From the NCBI GenBank assembly GCA_943704415.1, contig CALSCO010001459.1, forward strand, positions 1 through 48,734: a DNA stretch of 48,734 nucleotides, written 5' to 3'. The stretch is from Parvularia atlantis (lineage: Eukaryota). The translations under genes and the position numbers were made by a program. The notes beneath the pieces were generated by a model. It was not told the origin of the DNA and made no database searches. It saw only the letters and a program-made list of their open reading frames with translations. Positions 48,224 to 48,734 of the stretch are shown here, piece after piece. How positions within the stretch are numbered: the stretch's first letter is position 1; each line of letters starts with the position of its first letter.

Positions 48224-48734
48224 ATGTCGGCTTCGCTGTCGGTCATCGTCAAGCGCACGCTCGAGCGCCTCGGCACGGCCACGACGCAGCAGCTGGTGGA
48301 GGCGCTGCCGGCCGATCAGGTGCGGCCGCACGCTCTGCTGGCCGGATGGGGCGCGCCTGAGAGAGGGCGCGCCAGCTCGCGTCCAAGCGGCACCTCAAAA
48401 CGCAGATCCTCCAGCGCCTGCAGCGCGCGGGCGGGCTGAACCGCAAGATGCTCCGCAACGAGAACGGCAAGCGCGTCTGGGTGTGGCTGCTGCCGCCGAG
48501 CAACAAGCCCGGCGCCAAGGCTGCCGCCGAGGTCGAGGCCACCGAAGCCATTGAGGACGCCGCAGAGGACGACGAGCCCGCGCCGCCGCCGCCGCCGCCA
48601 CCCGCCAGCCAACTGCAGCGCGCCCGGGCGGCCACGCGAGCGTCCAAGCAGGCGCTCGTCTCGGGTGACCGGCGGCTGCGGGTGCGTGCCGTGCTACGCG
48701 TGCGCATGGGCCTCTCTGACGCGGCCCCCCCCCC
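48224..48734 (+). CDS. Uncharacterised protein, possible winged-helix N-terminus, 3'-truncated by the window end
   Basis: MSASLSVIVKRTLERLGTATTQQLVEAL, intron, SKRHLKTQILQRL...GKRVWVWLL. A further GTGCGT donor precedes the terminal poly-C. Confidence 0.6.

Overview
Very GC-rich, extremely compact, intron-dense eukaryotic genomic DNA. The gene content (Slo2-type K+ channel, RGS, LISK kinase, PMT with MIR region, golgin-45-like, CCDC6-like) points by inference to a unicellular opisthokont or close relative; short introns plus high GC would fit a nucleariid-like genome, but this is unverified. Bases 1-4.1 kb hold a decayed Ty3/Gypsy retrotransposon scrambled by two internal inversions. The remaining ~44.5 kb carry about 21 spliced protein genes with ~45-75 nt introns (GTGCG donor, CTGAC/CTCAC branch point, no pyrimidine tract, several GC-AG introns). 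The most notable signals are: (1) almost no intergenic space, with divergent start codons 15 and 26 nt apart and tandem stop-to-start gaps of 41-62 nt, suggesting leaderless, overlapping or polycistronic/trans-spliced transcription; (2) an RGS + catalytically degenerate TDP2-like EEP + CaaX fusion; (3) a LISK kinase-CUE-DEP fusion; (4) a TilS-like pseudoenzyme; (5) a ubinuclein/Hpc2 with an inserted HMG box and a TQ-repeat tail. Gene models were assembled by hand and family calls come from motif recall, not database searches. Most long ORFs in the supplied track are GC-driven antisense or off-frame artefacts.
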